The notes beneath the pieces were generated by a model, which was not told the DNA's origin, did no database searches, and saw only the letters and a list, made by a program, of their open reading frames with translations. A stretch of DNA of 63,632 nucleotides, the filler included, from Choristocarpus tenellus KU-1152 (Eukaryota > Protista > Phaeophyceae): assembly GCA_964200185.2 (NCBI GenBank). It is 11 parts of 11 records of this genome, joined end to end, with 100 filler letters (N's around TTAATTAATTAA, not from the genome) between each part and the next. Parts side by side here need not be neighbours in the genome. Positions count along the whole stretch, not along the records: positions 60,642 to 63,632 come from CAXNAD020023089.1; 10 more parts are not named here. The stretch is one strand, 5' to 3'. Below are positions 62,607 through 63,632 of this stretch, one piece after another (the first letter of the stretch is position 1; every line of letters begins with the position of its first letter). The position numbers were made by a program, and so were the translations under genes.

Positions 62607-63632
62607 CCAATATCTCCAGACCCTATACCAGGAGAGTACCAGGCAAGGGGGGATTGAGAGGGAAATGCAGAAGGAGACACAGGAGCACCAAGACAAGGAG
62701 TCAGCACAGCTTGATGTTGCAAGTTAGGTGTTGGAGAGGATATGAAAGGTGTTGGTTACAAGTCGTCACCAATAGGTAACAAGTATCTACTTTGTGTCAC
62801 AGGCAAAACATCCAGGTCTCCCTTTAGCATTTTCCAATGGTGTTCTAGGAAGTACTGGGGAGGTCAAAAAAATATTCTAGAAAGTTTTCTTCTCCACCAT
62901 TGTGTCTAAGGAAGGATGTACGTACATTATCTCCTTGAACCCCAATTAAACCCCATACGGGAGAGAGGAGTATACAATTGTATGGCAAGGAAGAGTAAGC
63001 TGTTTTCCTAACAAAATCTCTGCAACTATTGCTTGAGTTCGGATTTAATCACTTATTGCGCCAATTTGACACTGATAGCAGCAATACGTTTCCTGCAGTT
63101 TTAAATCCAGCATTACCCAAAGGGTTGACAACATGCACTGCTACTCACAGTCATGTTCCTCATTAACTAGGTCTCTAACTAGAATGTGAAAGTTTACATA
63201 AACCATTGTACCAACACTTTACGGTTGAAATCAAAGGAGTTGAACAAGTGCGTCTCACCTACGAAATACAAAATACTGTAGGTCGGTCACATAGGTGATT
63301 TCGTGTATCATACGCAATTAACACCTATCCCCCTCATACAGAAAGAAACTTGTGAGAACATAAAAAGTAAAAAGTGAGGGACTGGCTTATAGTTTAGTAT
63401 AAATCAAAGATTAAACAAAAAATTGTAACACATTGAGTTAATCTACACAAGTTAACCTAAGAGCACACAGGACTTAAGTTCCCTACTTTTTTTCAGTTCG
63501 TGAAAAATATGGAATAGCATATGCTTTGAGTATAGGGCATAATAATAAAAATACTATGCCTATTCACAACATTAATATATTTATTTGGATATTATTGACA
63601 TACAGTACCTAACCCGATTTTGTTCACCCATG

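Overview
Eukaryotic, intron-containing, transposon-dense DNA from a flagellate lineage (CFAP61 present; a stramenopile alga is my inference). It is not one locus: 11 contigs are joined by an artificial N-TTAATTAATTAA-N linker. Host genes are a complete 4-exon PLRG1/Prp46 with a GC-AG intron, two CFAP61 exons, seven 3' exons of a PHD + acidic + bromodomain chromatin protein, and tRNA-Ala(AGC). Much of the rest is decayed mobile DNA: Ty3/gypsy, Ty1/copia, CRE-clade non-LTR, PIF/Harbinger, IS630/Tc1-like and probable KDZ remnants. The most interesting signal is a linked DNA-transposon system. At least four short inverted-repeat families with unrelated interiors (more than 25 copies or ends) share the terminus GRNNNAAAGTA, and family A makes both 3-bp and 4-bp target duplications. 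A large degenerate element (33140 to at least 36943) carries an intron-split, Sola2-like transposase with Tudor-like C-terminal modules. It ends in a ~150-bp fold-back with the same terminus, and the central loop of that fold-back is flipped between two copies. All family assignments come from motif recognition by eye, not from database searches.
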